A stretch of DNA of 64,000 bases from Polymyxa betae A26-41 (GCA_003693705.1 RBZT01000312.1:186001-250000); one strand, 5' to 3'. Positions 37,691 to 49,132 are shown, counted from the stretch's first letter. The notes: generated by a model from the letters alone, not told the origin. Numbers and translations: made by a program.

Positions 37691-38718
37691 TCATTCGTCT
37701 GAATCTGGATTTCTATAGCTGACCATCGCATCCACTCGATGTATCTAGAGAACACTCAGAACACAATGGAAGAGTAAGAAAATTGTAAACCTTCGTTGTA
37801 AATGAGCGAAGCTTGACTTCAGCCGAATTCGCGATATACTTAGGGTCACTTTCTTCCCAAGCTTTCGGAACCTCTGTATCAAGGTCTGTATGAATGAGTA
37901 GATCGAAAGTGCCTAAAAGATGTCAGGTTGCTTAGCATGCTTTCGTTTGCCAAATACATGGACTATCAAGCAGCGGCAAGAAAGTAACCGACGATGTAAT
38001 TTGTCTCATAATTGCTTGGATTTCTCTCATTATCTCCTATCATTGAAATCAGCATTTTGGCGTTTAGTCGTTTTGTGAAGCCCAACTTTTTCAGATTTTG
38101 AGCTGGCGCTGTTATTCCTGCCGTTACAGTCTTCGTCGTTTCCTGGGACATCTGTAACTATATCAAATACCCATCTAATAAATAGTGCTGTCAGAAAAAA
38201 CTTCAATGAGAAATTGATTCTTACCGCTCTAATGGCGACCCATCAAGTTGATTAGAAATTACAAGAACAAGGCATTGGACATGCCCAGTCGTAAGCCACT
38301 CTAATGCCATTGTAAATACTGCATGAAGCTGACAAAAAAGTTAGGCAGACCTGAAAGCTGGGTCAGAACTTGATCAAGGTATTCCACCAGCCCAGCATCA
38401 GTCGTAACAAGCTAAACATAAGCATCATAATCAAAGCAAACCAACAGTAGGCAGTCACTAACAAGCCTCAATCCATACTTTTCAGATGCTGAAAAGCTCT
38501 CCGGAGGATATATTCCACGTTGGTAAAGAATCGTGTTAATCGAAAACCCTGAACAATGAATTACTTTCTTCAGCCTCACATGGACCGAGAAACCGACCAA
38601 AGAACTCGGTGACAATCTGCGTCGATCCCTTCAATGTGATAGCATTCTTCGACGCTTGAGCCACACCAGACTGCAGACATCATTGAACCGCAGCTCCAGA
38701 ATCAGCCATCATTACCAT
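37691..38718 (-). CDS. MAD2: Spindle checkpoint HORMA protein MAD2 (multi-exon)
   Basis: AITLKGSTQIVTEFF|GFSINTILYQRGIYPPESF, IMRQITSSVTFLP, WEESDPKYIANSAEVKLRSFTTK|IHRVDAMVSY. Confidence 0.95.
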
Positions 38719-39005
38719 ATGATTCTGGAACACGAACACGACGACTTTTAATTGTTAGAAAGGCGTAGAGAACAGCGCAGCCCAGCGTCATGACTACCCA
38801 CTTGCCATCTGATCATTCTCCCATTATACCATCTTTGTGTTGAAATCCTTGTGTATCTCTTGACTCCTATTACGAGCTGAGGCCATCGTTATTTTCCGAG
38901 TTGAATCGGTTTCTTTCGAAATCAGCAATTGAGTGAAGATGCAGCGGTGGGGCCCACCATGACGAACAGCAACCATGCTGTTCAGAGTTCAGCTTGTTGT
39001 GAACC

Positions 39006-41980
39006 ATGTCTGCAGCGAATCTTCATCAGCAGTTGATACAGATCTACATCTGCTCTTGCCAGTCGCCTTCGACGCTTAAAGAATTCGTAGTACAGATACC
39101 GGGAGCGGAATCTGTGAAAGTATCTTTAGAAAGCGAACGATGGGTTTTCGATCGCGGTCAAAGATGTCTCCCGGTTTACATCCATTTCACCGATCAGCTA
39201 AATGTCGTAGCTATTGAGTTATGGTCGAATTCAAGCAACGTTCCAGTTTCTGTATTCCCTTTAGAACTGAGCGACTTGCAAATCGGAAAATCTGTCTCGC
39301 ATTCGCTTAAATGGATTGATAATGGCGCGATTAAGCACTGCAATGTTGTCATTGCTAAGGTTTGATATTATTCGATTCCACATAAAACGCTTAGACAGTA
39401 TAGGCTCAAATCTTCACCCCGAGTCGATTCGCTAACGCTACCGCTTACAACAAACCAAATATCGATCCTGACTTTCAGTTATTCGTTTCCCGATGCACGT
39501 ATAACAGCTCAGTACAGCCAGGCAGAAGTGTGGTCATTGTCAGTAATGCAAATGGTTATAGAGGAACGAAATCTCTGTCTCGCGTTTGGAGCCGGTAAAG
39601 CCTTTAAGAAACGTCATCCAATATTTAGCATGAGCGTTTTGACAGAAATCAAATATGGAACGAAAGCATCAGCTTGGAACGTCTCAACCCCCAGTCTGGG
39701 GCAACTTCGTCTCTTGATCTTGCTATAATCGATGCAGATTCTGATTCACCTCAAACGCTTGCGCGTTTCCAGCCAATCCCTCTAAATGGCCACTTTGCGA
39801 CCCGGTAATTCGAAGTGTTCTACGATTACATTTGTAGTCTAAGTTTATTTAGGGGACATTTTTCGGTTCCAAATGTGAATGATAGCATTGAGGCCACTTT
39901 ATTTCTTTCTATTTCGGTATGGAGAATACCCCTGGAGTGCACTCAATTAACAAGTTATGTTAGCCGGTGGTAGATTCCGCTTATGAATCCGCGCTGCTTG
40001 ATGCAAATCCCATCTGGGAAAAAGTCCAGGTTGCTTCTTACTCTATATAAAACTGTGAGAATCTGACTAAGACGCAGATTTCTTTCCATTCAATTCAGCT
40101 TCCTGACATTGATATTGATACAGTCTTTATCACAGCCTTCCTTTCTGTTAATATCGAACAATATCAGAAGAAGGTTGATGATTCCCTGGTATGTTTTCGA
40201 ATCACTCCTAATAATAAAGATGAAAGGTTCTTGGTAGATGCTTTGGCCGCCTTTTCCTGTTTCAAAACTGGTCAAGGCTGGCGACCAGACTGAATCTATT
40301 TCGTTGTGTGGTGAAGATTCTTCTTACCGATTCTGTAAGCATCAGCTGGTCAGATCTTGCTGCATATAACATCTAATCTCTCTTTGTTTATCGCAGACCT
40401 CAGTGGCCCTATCAAAAGGTTGTCGTTTCCAACATTAAGTCTAGATACCTCAATATTCGACGATAAGGTTCGCTTATGATTGCTTTAATCTCTGTCCCAA
40501 CCTCTATGCAGCAAATTGTCTTCAGCCAAGGTTGTTTCATAGTAGCTGAAATATACTCGTATCCGAAAGTAGCAGAATTATCCCCCTATCTCTTAGGTAT
40601 ATCTGTGCTTCTGGGTGATGCGTATCTAAACCGTTATCAGGATATTGCTCAATGAAGTTGAGTGATCGAAGCCTCGTTTCTACTAGCACGGTCTATGGTT
40701 GTGGTGGTACTCTAACGTGGTCTGCGTGTAGACCAAATAAAAGCAGGTTTGCTAATGAAGGCGAGATCAGTTGGAGTTCAGTGAAGGTTGCCAAACACAT
40801 AATTCTCTGCAAGTTGATATAGCTAATTTACATAGAATGAAGCAACGACTGGAATGAGGAAATCCGAGGTCATCTTGCAGAAAGCCCATCGGATACTTCA
40901 CCTCACCCGAGTCCCTGCTTTGCGTTTGAATAGAAGCAACGACCAGGAATCGAAACTCAAAGGCCTTTTAGAAGAAGCTCAGCAGGAGCTAATTATCACC
41001 AGAAAAGATTGCAAACGGTTGCAATTCGTCGTTATCAATTTCACTCTCTGAATGCTCTTAGGCTAGAGAGTGAGCTGGAAGATAAAGCTGCGGCGTTGAA
41101 TGCTTGTATTGAAAAGGCACGAGAGCTGGAGCGGCAGTGTGAGCAAGTATGCATTAACCTGTTGACAGAATTCATTGTACTAACTCGAAGCACGTAGCTA
41201 AATAATGACAAATGGTTGTTGGAAAACAGATTGAATGAGTATGTCCAATTACAGGAGAAATTTCTCCAAAACACTGGTATCGAAGGCTCTCCGTTAAATG
41301 TGGCCCAATTACAAACATTGCTAAAGCAGTCAAGACATGATATTGACACCCTAAAAAGTGAGAATGATGACAAGCAAAGACTAATTGAGTCACTGAAGAG
41401 TCGAATTCACAAAACGTCCAAGCTGGAGAAAACCTTGGCAACAATTAAAGAGGCTCATGCTGCACAGACGAATTATTTACAATCCATTCAAGTGGGTTTC
41501 TTAGATTCGAATTCCGACTCATCTAAAGGGTTTTTATAGGATGACAGAAAGAAGATCGAGAAGTTTTACAAAACAATTCAGTATCAAGAAGATATTATCG
41601 TTAATCTTGAAGGCCTTCTTCGCTCTTGCCAAACAGTTCCTGTCGGGCCTTCAGTTGGTTCTGAATTATCTGCTCAAGGTGACAATTGGAAAGAGCGAGC
41701 ATTGAAAGCTGAAGTAAGTACGATGAGACAGTGAAATCTGTAATAACACAATTATAGGCAAGATGTAATGCGTTTGAAGGTGAATTACGAATTGCTGCTG
41801 AACACTATGGCAAAGAAATAGCTTCGTTGCAAACACAACTAATGGAAGCTAATATTAGGCCTAAGGTACCCAATGCCCAACACGAAAGTATTGCACTTAC
41901 ATCGAGGTTTTTTGTAGTCTGCTGATTCCACATTATCAGTGAATGTCGAAGATTTTGATGAACTGGAAAGAGAGCAATGA
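39006..41980 (+). CDS. CCDC33-like protein (beta-rich/C2-like N-half, coiled-coil C-half), multi-exon
   Basis: C-terminal AHAAQTNYLQSIQ..KIEKFYKTIQYQEDIIVNLEGLL and ARCNAFEGELRIAAEHYGKEIASL resemble the CCDC33 coiled coil as I recall it. N-terminal exon structure is only partly resolved. Confidence 0.5.
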
Positions 41981-42967
41981 ACCAACCTCAACAGCAAACA
42001 TTAAAGATGTTAGACTGGAATGAGTTCTTCAGCGAGATTTAATAGCTCATTATAAATAAGAGGTTATTAATCAAGCATGTTTTTCGATAAATGTGATGTC
42101 TTTTAGTATGTCTTACATAAAATGAAAATACTTACAATTCCGGGATAGAAACATATTACAACTTCTAAATTCTGCAAAATTTGGACTTTGTTTGTAGAAC
42201 GCATTTTACGCACTCAACGAAGCATTTTCAGCGACGCAGCAATCTCTGAACGGATCGATTCTGCGAGATGCAGAATTGTTTGTACGTTTGTTTAGGTTTG
42301 CGACTCAAACGGACGAGGAATTAAGCCGTTCTCTATTGTCAGTGTTTTAGAAACCGTTCGATTAAATCTTTTGAATAGATCAAGTCTTTTAAACTGCTGT
42401 TGGGAATTCGCTGCGACCCTGTATGCATTGCTCTCGGAAAATGGAGCGTCGAACGTTAATGGATGATGGACTGGATTGGAAATACACTCAAAAGCAATGG
42501 TACCGAAGCACCTCTTTTAGTCACTCCTCCATGTATTGGGAATAGGCTCAAACATGCCCCATCAAACATCGGCACTGACACACGAACGAATACAACCTGA
42601 GCATTCAATCGCTGGGTCCATCTCAGAGCACCACATCATGCACCAAGACGAACCGAAAGCGACCTCTACAAGTAGAATCTCCCTTTGAGTCGCTGGTTTG
42701 GAAGGTTCCGTTGAGAGCCTTCCGAGGCTCCGAAGGACAAGTCAGACGGACCATTTATAGATCCGAAGCCAAGTCATTAAGAGCCCTGGATTATGGCCTG
42801 CCACTGTACCAGATAACAGTCGTGAGCGCACTTTCTCAAAGCCAAAAAAGCTTCCATTCTGTCAGAGACGTCACTGTTTGGTACATCCTATCATTCGAAC
42901 CAGTCTTCGCCCTTCTGGATCGCAGTTCCTCTGCCTCATCCATTTATATTTTTTGTGTTGGTTTGCA

Positions 42968-45457
42968 ATGGCGACTGAGCTGGTGCTGGGCACGTATCGT
43001 CTCAAAGACCTTGACGTCATCAATGACGTGATTGCTTTTGCTGCTAACAATGGTATCACTCTCATCGATACCGCTAGCCTATATGGCAATGAGCAGAGCG
43101 TGTATTCGACGGCTGCTAAATACGGTCTTCGAGTTGGCTCCAAGATTCATCAGCGGCTGCTTCCTGGCGCCACTCTCGACCTTGCTCGCAAGATGTTCGA
43201 GATGAATGAGAGTCGACCGCTGTCTCGGATTCTGATGCACAATCCGCTTCCGCTGCACATGTGGCGTGATCTGGAAGAAGCCGTTCGCAAGGGTTATACC
43301 GAATCCATCGGTATATGCAATGTGGATACCAAGACATTGCAAAAGCTGGTCAATGCCGCCGAGATTAAGCCGAGTGTCGTTCAAGTTGAGCTTCACCCAT
43401 TCTTGCCCAATCTCGATGCCACTTTGGCTTTGCTATATTATTGCAAGGAGCATGAAATCGCGTTTGAAGCTCATAGTGTTCTGGGTGGTGGGAGCCCTAT
43501 TGTTCGTTCGACCAAGGAAACTCCTCTGCAGGCAATTTCTAACCAGCTTGGCTGGGATTCGTCGGTAACAGCCCAGCATTTGATTAAGTGGATTCGCTTC
43601 ACAGCTCCAGGTGCTGCTATCTGTATCAAATCGAGTTCTGTCGATCGCCTCAAGGCGTTGGTTCAAGCTGCTTCTGATGCAGATTCTTCCACGTTCTGCG
43701 ACCTGACGTCCCGCATCACTCCATTCCGTGTCTACCCGGTGAATGATTCAAATCCTTTGGTGACATCGATTGAGAACGATGGCGTATTTTCCTGCCTTGG
43801 TCCCGATGCCTGGTCCTGTCTCGAAAATCCGTCTGATGATGTAGTTGAACGTGTCGCCTCTCTTATCAAAGCGGATGAAGCCGTTCTGCTGTCAGAAGGT
43901 TCCAGTGGCACTTTATCCGGCGTTGCCATGCACCTGCATGGTGCCAAATCTGGATGTGGCGACACCAATCTTTTCACTCGTGTTGCTATCTCTCTATTTG
44001 GCGATGAAGAATGTGCTCGTATCTTCAAGGAGGTTGACTTGCCTACTGATCCGAAGGAAGTTCGTAAACTGTGGGCTTTGTACCCATCGCTTTCCTCTTG
44101 CGTCTCTAAGCTTAACAATTTGTTGAAAACTCTACGCGCTGGCATAGACAAGAAGATGAAAGATTCTAAAGGCGGAACCAGCTGTCAGCTAGTCCATGTC
44201 AATGCTCTGGATGCTGATTCGACACCGGAAATTCCTGATTCCGTTCAGAATCCCATTGCCATGCCTGTTGTCATTCCTTCTTTTGATGAGCTTGCTCCGT
44301 TCTTCAATTGGTTGGCCAATCTGACCCAACAACCGGCCTCTGATGTGCAGTTTGGTCGAGGCGCTCTGCTGCTGGGTGGTCATCTGGACATGTGCAAACA
44401 AGTTGTTGGCCCTGCTCATATGGGCAAACTTTGTGAAGCTGTCAAGAAGGTTGCTCCGTTGGGTGTCGTCGATCATTTCTTACTTGGTAATAACATCGCT
44501 TTTGAAGACGCTGAGCGGACTTCGGGTCTTGGTGCTCAAGAAGCGTCATCATTAACGCGAGAACAAGGCGTTGAAAATCTGTTGGAGATTATGAAGCCAG
44601 AGTATGGTATCAAAACGTGGTATTTGGCTGGCAACTGCATCGATGGCGATATCACCAAACGCATTGTCGATGTTTTGAGTTCAAACGAAGTGTGCGACTC
44701 GTTGTGGCTGAAGAGGAATCCATTGGGACCTGTTGGTGGGCAGGCGATCGGCCGTCTACTGGGGCTAAACAAGCATCTCAAAATGCTGGATTTACACAAT
44801 ACTGGCCTATGCGATGAAGGTGTCATTCTTATGAACGAGGAGCTGAAGAAGTATGGGCCCCTGGATTCTTCTCTTCAACATATTCATCTTGGCGCCAACG
44901 GAATCACTTCCAAATCGATTCCGGCTTTGTCTGAATTCCTACTGGCTTTCTCCTCGAAGCTTGAAAGCATCTATTTGGACATCAATCAGATTGGAGACGA
45001 TGGCATTGCTGTCCTTGCTCGCGCTCTGGAGAAGTGCTCCCACTTAAGGCGCTTGACTCTTGGATCTAATCGCCTCACTGATGCTGGGTTAACGACGATC
45101 CGTGACTTAGTTATGGGTCTGCCAAGTGTTGAAATGCTGAACGTCGGTTTCTACAAGAGTACTGCTGCACTTGGAGAGCAATACGATAGCTTCACAAACG
45201 CTGAACCAATGATCGACGTCGTCAAACACCATCCTTCATTGAAGTTATTGAAAGTCGAGAAATCCGGCCTACCTGAGTCCGAATGCCAGCGCCTAATCGA
45301 TATTGTTCAAGAGCACGGAAAGATCACGTTATATACCCGGCAGCAGATCAACTACTTGATGAAAGACATCGTCGTGCACAGTGAAGACGAGCTCAGCTAT
45401 CTTCGGAACCCCAAGCTCGTCGACCATATTTTCAGCATCTACCGCAACAACATGTAA
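42968..45457 (+). CDS. Aldo-keto reductase / leucine-rich repeat fusion protein, 829 aa, intronless
   Basis: AKR motifs LVLGTYRL, IDTASLYGNE, GSKI, LMHNP, SIGICN, PSVVQVELHPF, AHSVLG. C-terminal RI-type LRRs (TWYLAGNCID, SLWLKRNPLG, LDLHNTGL, IHLGANGI, LTLGSNRL) in the same uninterrupted ORF. Confidence 0.88.
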   Translation: MATELVLGTYRLKDLDVINDVIAFAANNGITLIDTASLYGNEQSVYSTAAKYGLRVGSKIHQRLLPGATLDLARKMFEMNESRPLSRILMHNPLPLHMWRDLEEAVRKGYTESIGICNVDTKTLQKLVNAAEIKPSVVQVELHPFLPNLDATLALLYYCKEHEIAFEAHSVLGGGSPIVRSTKETPLQAISNQLGWDSSVTAQHLIKWIRFTAPGAAICIKSSSVDRLKALVQAASDADSSTFCDLTSRITPFRVYPVNDSNPLVTSIENDGVFSCLGPDAWSCLENPSDDVVERVASLIKADEAVLLSEGSSGTLSGVAMHLHGAKSGCGDTNLFTRVAISLFGDEECARIFKEVDLPTDPKEVRKLWALYPSLSSCVSKLNNLLKTLRAGIDKKMKDSKGGTSCQLVHVNALDADSTPEIPDSVQNPIAMPVVIPSFDELAPFFNWLANLTQQPASDVQFGRGALLLGGHLDMCKQVVGPAHMGKLCEAVKKVAPLGVVDHFLLGNNIAFEDAERTSGLGAQEASSLTREQGVENLLEIMKPEYGIKTWYLAGNCIDGDITKRIVDVLSSNEVCDSLWLKRNPLGPVGGQAIGRLLGLNKHLKMLDLHNTGLCDEGVILMNEELKKYGPLDSSLQHIHLGANGITSKSIPALSEFLLAFSSKLESIYLDINQIGDDGIAVLARALEKCSHLRRLTLGSNRLTDAGLTTIRDLVMGLPSVEMLNVGFYKSTAALGEQYDSFTNAEPMIDVVKHHPSLKLLKVEKSGLPESECQRLIDIVQEHGKITLYTRQQINYLMKDIVVHSEDELSYLRNPKLVDHIFSIYRNNM

Positions 45458-45582
45458 TCAATAAAGAAACTCATTGTCTTCAGATTCCATCTTCATTATG
45501 CCGATTGCGTTATCGTCTCGAGCAGCGTCATTATAGATGTTGGGACGGAGTTGACGGAGGTCTGTCTCATTGATGATAGTGT

Positions 45583-46480
45583 ATGGACATTGATGGCTGG
45601 GCGGCTTTAGCTTCATATCAATCGCAGCTTTCAGGCCCTCTCTCCCTCACGTCGTTCGATCTGGTCACACCTGGCATCACCTGTAATCTGGTTGCCATTG
45701 TCCAGCATGTCGAACAAGATCCCGAGCGCACCAGCCTGGTCATCACCGATTACGGGACCGTCTCGGTTCGTGTAGGTCTCTCCAATCGTCTTGCAATCGC
45801 CATCTGACCAGCTTTAGCTAACTCTCTGGAGAAACTGCTCTCAATTGGTGCAATCGACTCGTCCTGGAGCCGTCATATTGGTGACCGATGTTCACATAAC
45901 AGAGTATAACAACCGCCTTCAAGCATCTATGACCGCCCTATCCAGGCTATTCCATCTTCAAGCTCCAGTTTTGCCTTCGTCTCTAATCGGGACTCGTGTT
46001 AGTGAACTACTCGATATCTCGAACAAGCTCTTCCCACGACCACGACCAACAAACGTTGTCGGCGATAGTCTTGATCGGCAGCGATTGTTCGACTCCATGG
46101 ACGAAGCTCTGATAGCGATGGAGTCGGGTGTTTACATCGGCCCGGCTAGAATCCGCATTCGCCTTCCTCTTCAATCGATTTCCGAGACCGCTGCGAATGT
46201 TGTTCGCCGAACCGCAGCGTCGTATGAATATCGAGAACTGCCGATCATCATTGACGATCATATCCAAGGTGTCGCAGCAGCCGAGGTCGTCCGGAAACTT
46301 TGTGCCGATCTGCCCCCATCCTCGATCCTGACCAAACGTCGAGACACGGTTTTCCAACTGCTTTGTTGCTTGAATGCTCCAGGTAATTCCCCATTCTACT
46401 GCAGAATCGTCTCGCAAGTGACGTTGCAACAAAACGGAGTCAGAATGCGAACCTTCACGATTGTCTCCATCAGCTGGTGA
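45583..46480 (+). CDS. OB-fold ssDNA-binding protein, SHLD2/FAM35-like (2 exons)
   Basis: OB fold (CNLVAIVQHV..LVITD..VRLTLW..PGAVILVTDVHITEY) and a C-terminus resembling FAM35_C (YEYRELPIIIDD..KLCADLP..CRIVSQVTLQQNG..FTIVSI). Intron 45772-45817 keeps the frame. Confidence 0.55.
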
Positions 46481-46577
46481 CATCGCTGCGTCTTTATTAT
46501 TCGCTCAACAAGCAATAATTAACGCTGCGAACGTTTCGTTTGAATCGACGCTGCAATGTCGGCGACATTCCGGCGGT

Positions 46578-46993
46578 TCATCGTGATTCACGTAGATAAG
46601 CTCGTCTTGTAATTAATGCCTGCTGATAAAGACCTTCATGTAAACCATGAAGTCGAAATGCAATTCTCGCTCGTAACACTTTGTTCAACGGTTTCTCCTA
46701 ACAAAACGATCAACAGTAAGATCGAAATCAGTTCTCAAACCTACTCGGTCCTGTTCAATTTCTCCAATGAATCCGAACAGATCTTTAAGAGGATGACGGC
46801 AGACCATAATATCGGTTGCAACCTGAATCTGGACGCCATTCATCTCGACCAAAGCCAGACACCGCTCTGCGTCGAATGAGACGACATTGGCTACGATTCG
46901 AACCGATTGCCCAAGAGGCAGATCGCCTATTTCTTCCAACAGCACGACCGAGGCTGGCTGGACCGAGCATTGCGACGCCGTTAGCGCCACCAT
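46578..46993 (-). CDS. TEN1: CST complex subunit TEN1 (2 exons)
   Basis: PASVVLLEEI..GQSVRIVANVVSFD..FGFIGEI..VLRARIAFRLHGLHEGLYQQAL matches the TEN1 OB pattern. Intron 46698-46744. Confidence 0.8.
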
Positions 46994-47008
46994 TGGAGTG
47001 CGAAAGAC

Positions 47009-47024
47009 AAACCCTAAACCCTAA
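47009..47024. repeat. Two tandem telomere-type repeats (AAACCCT)2AA, telobox-like
   Basis: AAACCCTAAACCCTAA, 16-31 nt upstream of the TEN1 ATG. Confidence 0.7.
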
Positions 47025-47096
47025 CTTGTAGCGATTCGATTCATTGAAGCGGATCCGAGAAAAGAGACATCGCCAACACTATGACAATCATGAATT

Positions 47097-48848
47097 TTAT
47101 AATTTAAACGATAACGAATTCATTGTTGTTGTCGGTTTTAACGACGCTGGTTTCTCCTTTCCTCTTTGCGCTTCTGCATCTTGAATCTTCTTGAAGAAAT
47201 CTCCAGATCGTGTATATTGGGTCGTATCTTTGCCATCGGCGCCCGACCTGATTGTCGTATTCGTCTTGATCTCTTCCAATGCCGCCTTCTTGTCGCGTTT
47301 CGCCTTGAATCTGGCGTCGTATTTAGCCCGGACGTCATCGTCGGCGTTCTTCTGCTGGCGCTCCTTCTTGTTCTTCTCCTTCTTCGATCGTCTTCGCGCC
47401 TTCTTCTCGTCTCTGGATAGTTCTGTATCGGCGACCGGCTCGTGCTTGTTCGGTTTGTAGACCTCCTCGGGCGCCATCGCCTGCGCTGAGCTGACCGCCA
47501 TGGGAATGGCTTCCTCCATGGCGATGGCCGGCACGTTCTTTCGCACGACGACCTCGTCTCGGGCCGGTTTCGGCGTGAAATGGAAATTCGACAACGCATC
47601 GAGTTTGTAGCAGAGCGATGCGAATAGCGATGCGATCCCTTTATGCTCTTTCGAGAGCTCCTCTTCAGCTTCAGCAACGCCGGCCGCCTTCTCAACATAT
47701 TCCTTCTCATAGAGTTCAGCGAGACCGATCTCGCTCTTATCGGTCTCCAGCTCAGAACGCGCTCGGAACGGTTTCTCAACCGGCTCGGCTTTCCTCTCGA
47801 CATCGTCATACGCCCGGTCCTTGATCCGTTGACGAATCAGATCTTCGAGATCGTTGGTGACCTCCTGCGTGATCAAACTCGGCCGTTTATCGGCCATCTC
47901 AAAGTCGAGGTTGGCATCGGTCAGCGCATCAGCAGGGCGATCAGCGACCTTGGCTTCACCCATCAGCTCCCAAGGGCGTCCATTCAGATTCCGCTCTTCA
48001 AGCTGTTCGATTTCTTTCTTTAATCTCAGCTGCCGTTTCTTGAATTCGGACAGGCCCGCAAACTCGTCGTCGGAGGCGTCGGGCGCCGATTTCGACGACT
48101 TGTTGTCGTCGGCGAACATATCGTTGTACTGGGCGTCGGCGGCGCCATCGATATCGTGAAGAAGGTCGACCGGTTCTTCCTCGTTCTCGTCGTCGTCATC
48201 GGAGCCTTCCTCTTCTTCTTCAGCCTCATCATCCATCTCCATTTGATCAGCGAATCCCTCCATATCGTCCATATCGAAGAAGTCATCGTCAAGGTCGCTG
48301 CGAGAGCGCTTTTTCAACGCCGATTCCGTCGAGCCTTTATCGGATTCGTCGTCGTCTTCGTCAAGGTCGACCTCTTCATCGCCTTCGTCGGACTGCTCTT
48401 CGTCGTTGTCTTCGGATGGCGCTTCGTCATCATCGTCGGACGAACGCACATCTTCGTTCTCATCTTCGATCCGTTCCGAATGTTCATCTGATGACAGATC
48501 GGTGTCGTGCTGTTCCTCTTGAGCCATATCACCAGCTTGGATCTGGGCGCGTTCGGCTGCAGCCAGATAATCAGCGAGACATTGCTGGACGCGATCCAGC
48601 AGCGGTTCTGTGCGAAGTTCGAGTTCCTCCCAGATCTGCTCGGCATCGAGGCCATCGACCATCAGCTCGGGTAGTGGACCGTATTCATCGAGGTCGTCGG
48701 CGTGATCGTACGCGACCTTGATCAAATCGCGAAGTTCCGTTTGTAGGTTCGGATCTGGGGCGACGAATTTCTCAGGGGCGTTGATTATTTTTTCCAGCCG
48801 CTCGAATGCATCCTCGTGCCAGGATGCCAACTCGGCAGCGACTCCCAT
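47097..48848 (-). CDS. MPP10: U3 snoRNP protein MPP10, intronless
   Basis: LPELMVDGLDAEQIWEEL, acidic region, WELMGEA..RP..AL, LEDLIRQRI..YDDVERK, LCYKLDALSNFHFTPKP, PAIAMEEAIP..APEEVY. Confidence 0.95.
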   Translation of the reverse strand: MGVAAELASWHEDAFERLEKIINAPEKFVAPDPNLQTELRDLIKVAYDHADDLDEYGPLPELMVDGLDAEQIWEELELRTEPLLDRVQQCLADYLAAAERAQIQAGDMAQEEQHDTDLSSDEHSERIEDENEDVRSSDDDDEAPSEDNDEEQSDEGDEEVDLDEDDDESDKGSTESALKKRSRSDLDDDFFDMDDMEGFADQMEMDDEAEEEEEGSDDDDENEEEPVDLLHDIDGAADAQYNDMFADDNKSSKSAPDASDDEFAGLSEFKKRQLRLKKEIEQLEERNLNGRPWELMGEAKVADRPADALTDANLDFEMADKRPSLITQEVTNDLEDLIRQRIKDRAYDDVERKAEPVEKPFRARSELETDKSEIGLAELYEKEYVEKAAGVAEAEEELSKEHKGIASLFASLCYKLDALSNFHFTPKPARDEVVVRKNVPAIAMEEAIPMAVSSAQAMAPEEVYKPNKHEPVADTELSRDEKKARRRSKKEKNKKERQQKNADDDVRAKYDARFKAKRDKKAALEEIKTNTTIRSGADGKDTTQYTRSGDFFKKIQDAEAQRGKEKPASLKPTTTMNSLSFKL

Positions 48849-49132
48849 TTTTTGTGGAAATTCAACCGATGATCAGGAATCCTGGATCAGATTTCAAGCG
48901 CAGTCCGCTGCGGGCTTTTCTCGAAACCTTTTCAAAAATCTTTTGATTTTTTTTTCAATCCGTTTTCGACTTATGGTGAGCAAATGTCCAGATTTCCTGA
49001 ATCAGTGGAACACCCAGCTGGAGTTTTAAGTGATTATTTCTTTGGAACATGTTTGCAAACCGTTCTATGTTTATTTCTGTTCTTAACTCTCTGGGTCGAA
49101 GATGGTACATTCGTTGTTAATCAACACAGTCG

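Noticed and set aside
37691-38718. HORMA gene as REV7, which would complete a shieldin cluster with the SHLD2-like gene
   Set aside because: Motifs (ITLKGS, WEESDPK, VKLRSF) are those of MAD2, not REV7.
42100-42960. Mobile-element remnant upstream of the AKR-LRR gene
   Set aside because: No terminal repeats, target duplication or transposase-like sequence detected by eye.
47138-48721. Many overlapping ORFs across MPP10 (likewise across the HECT ligase and CFAP57)
   Set aside because: Antisense or alternate-frame shadows of real, compositionally biased genes.
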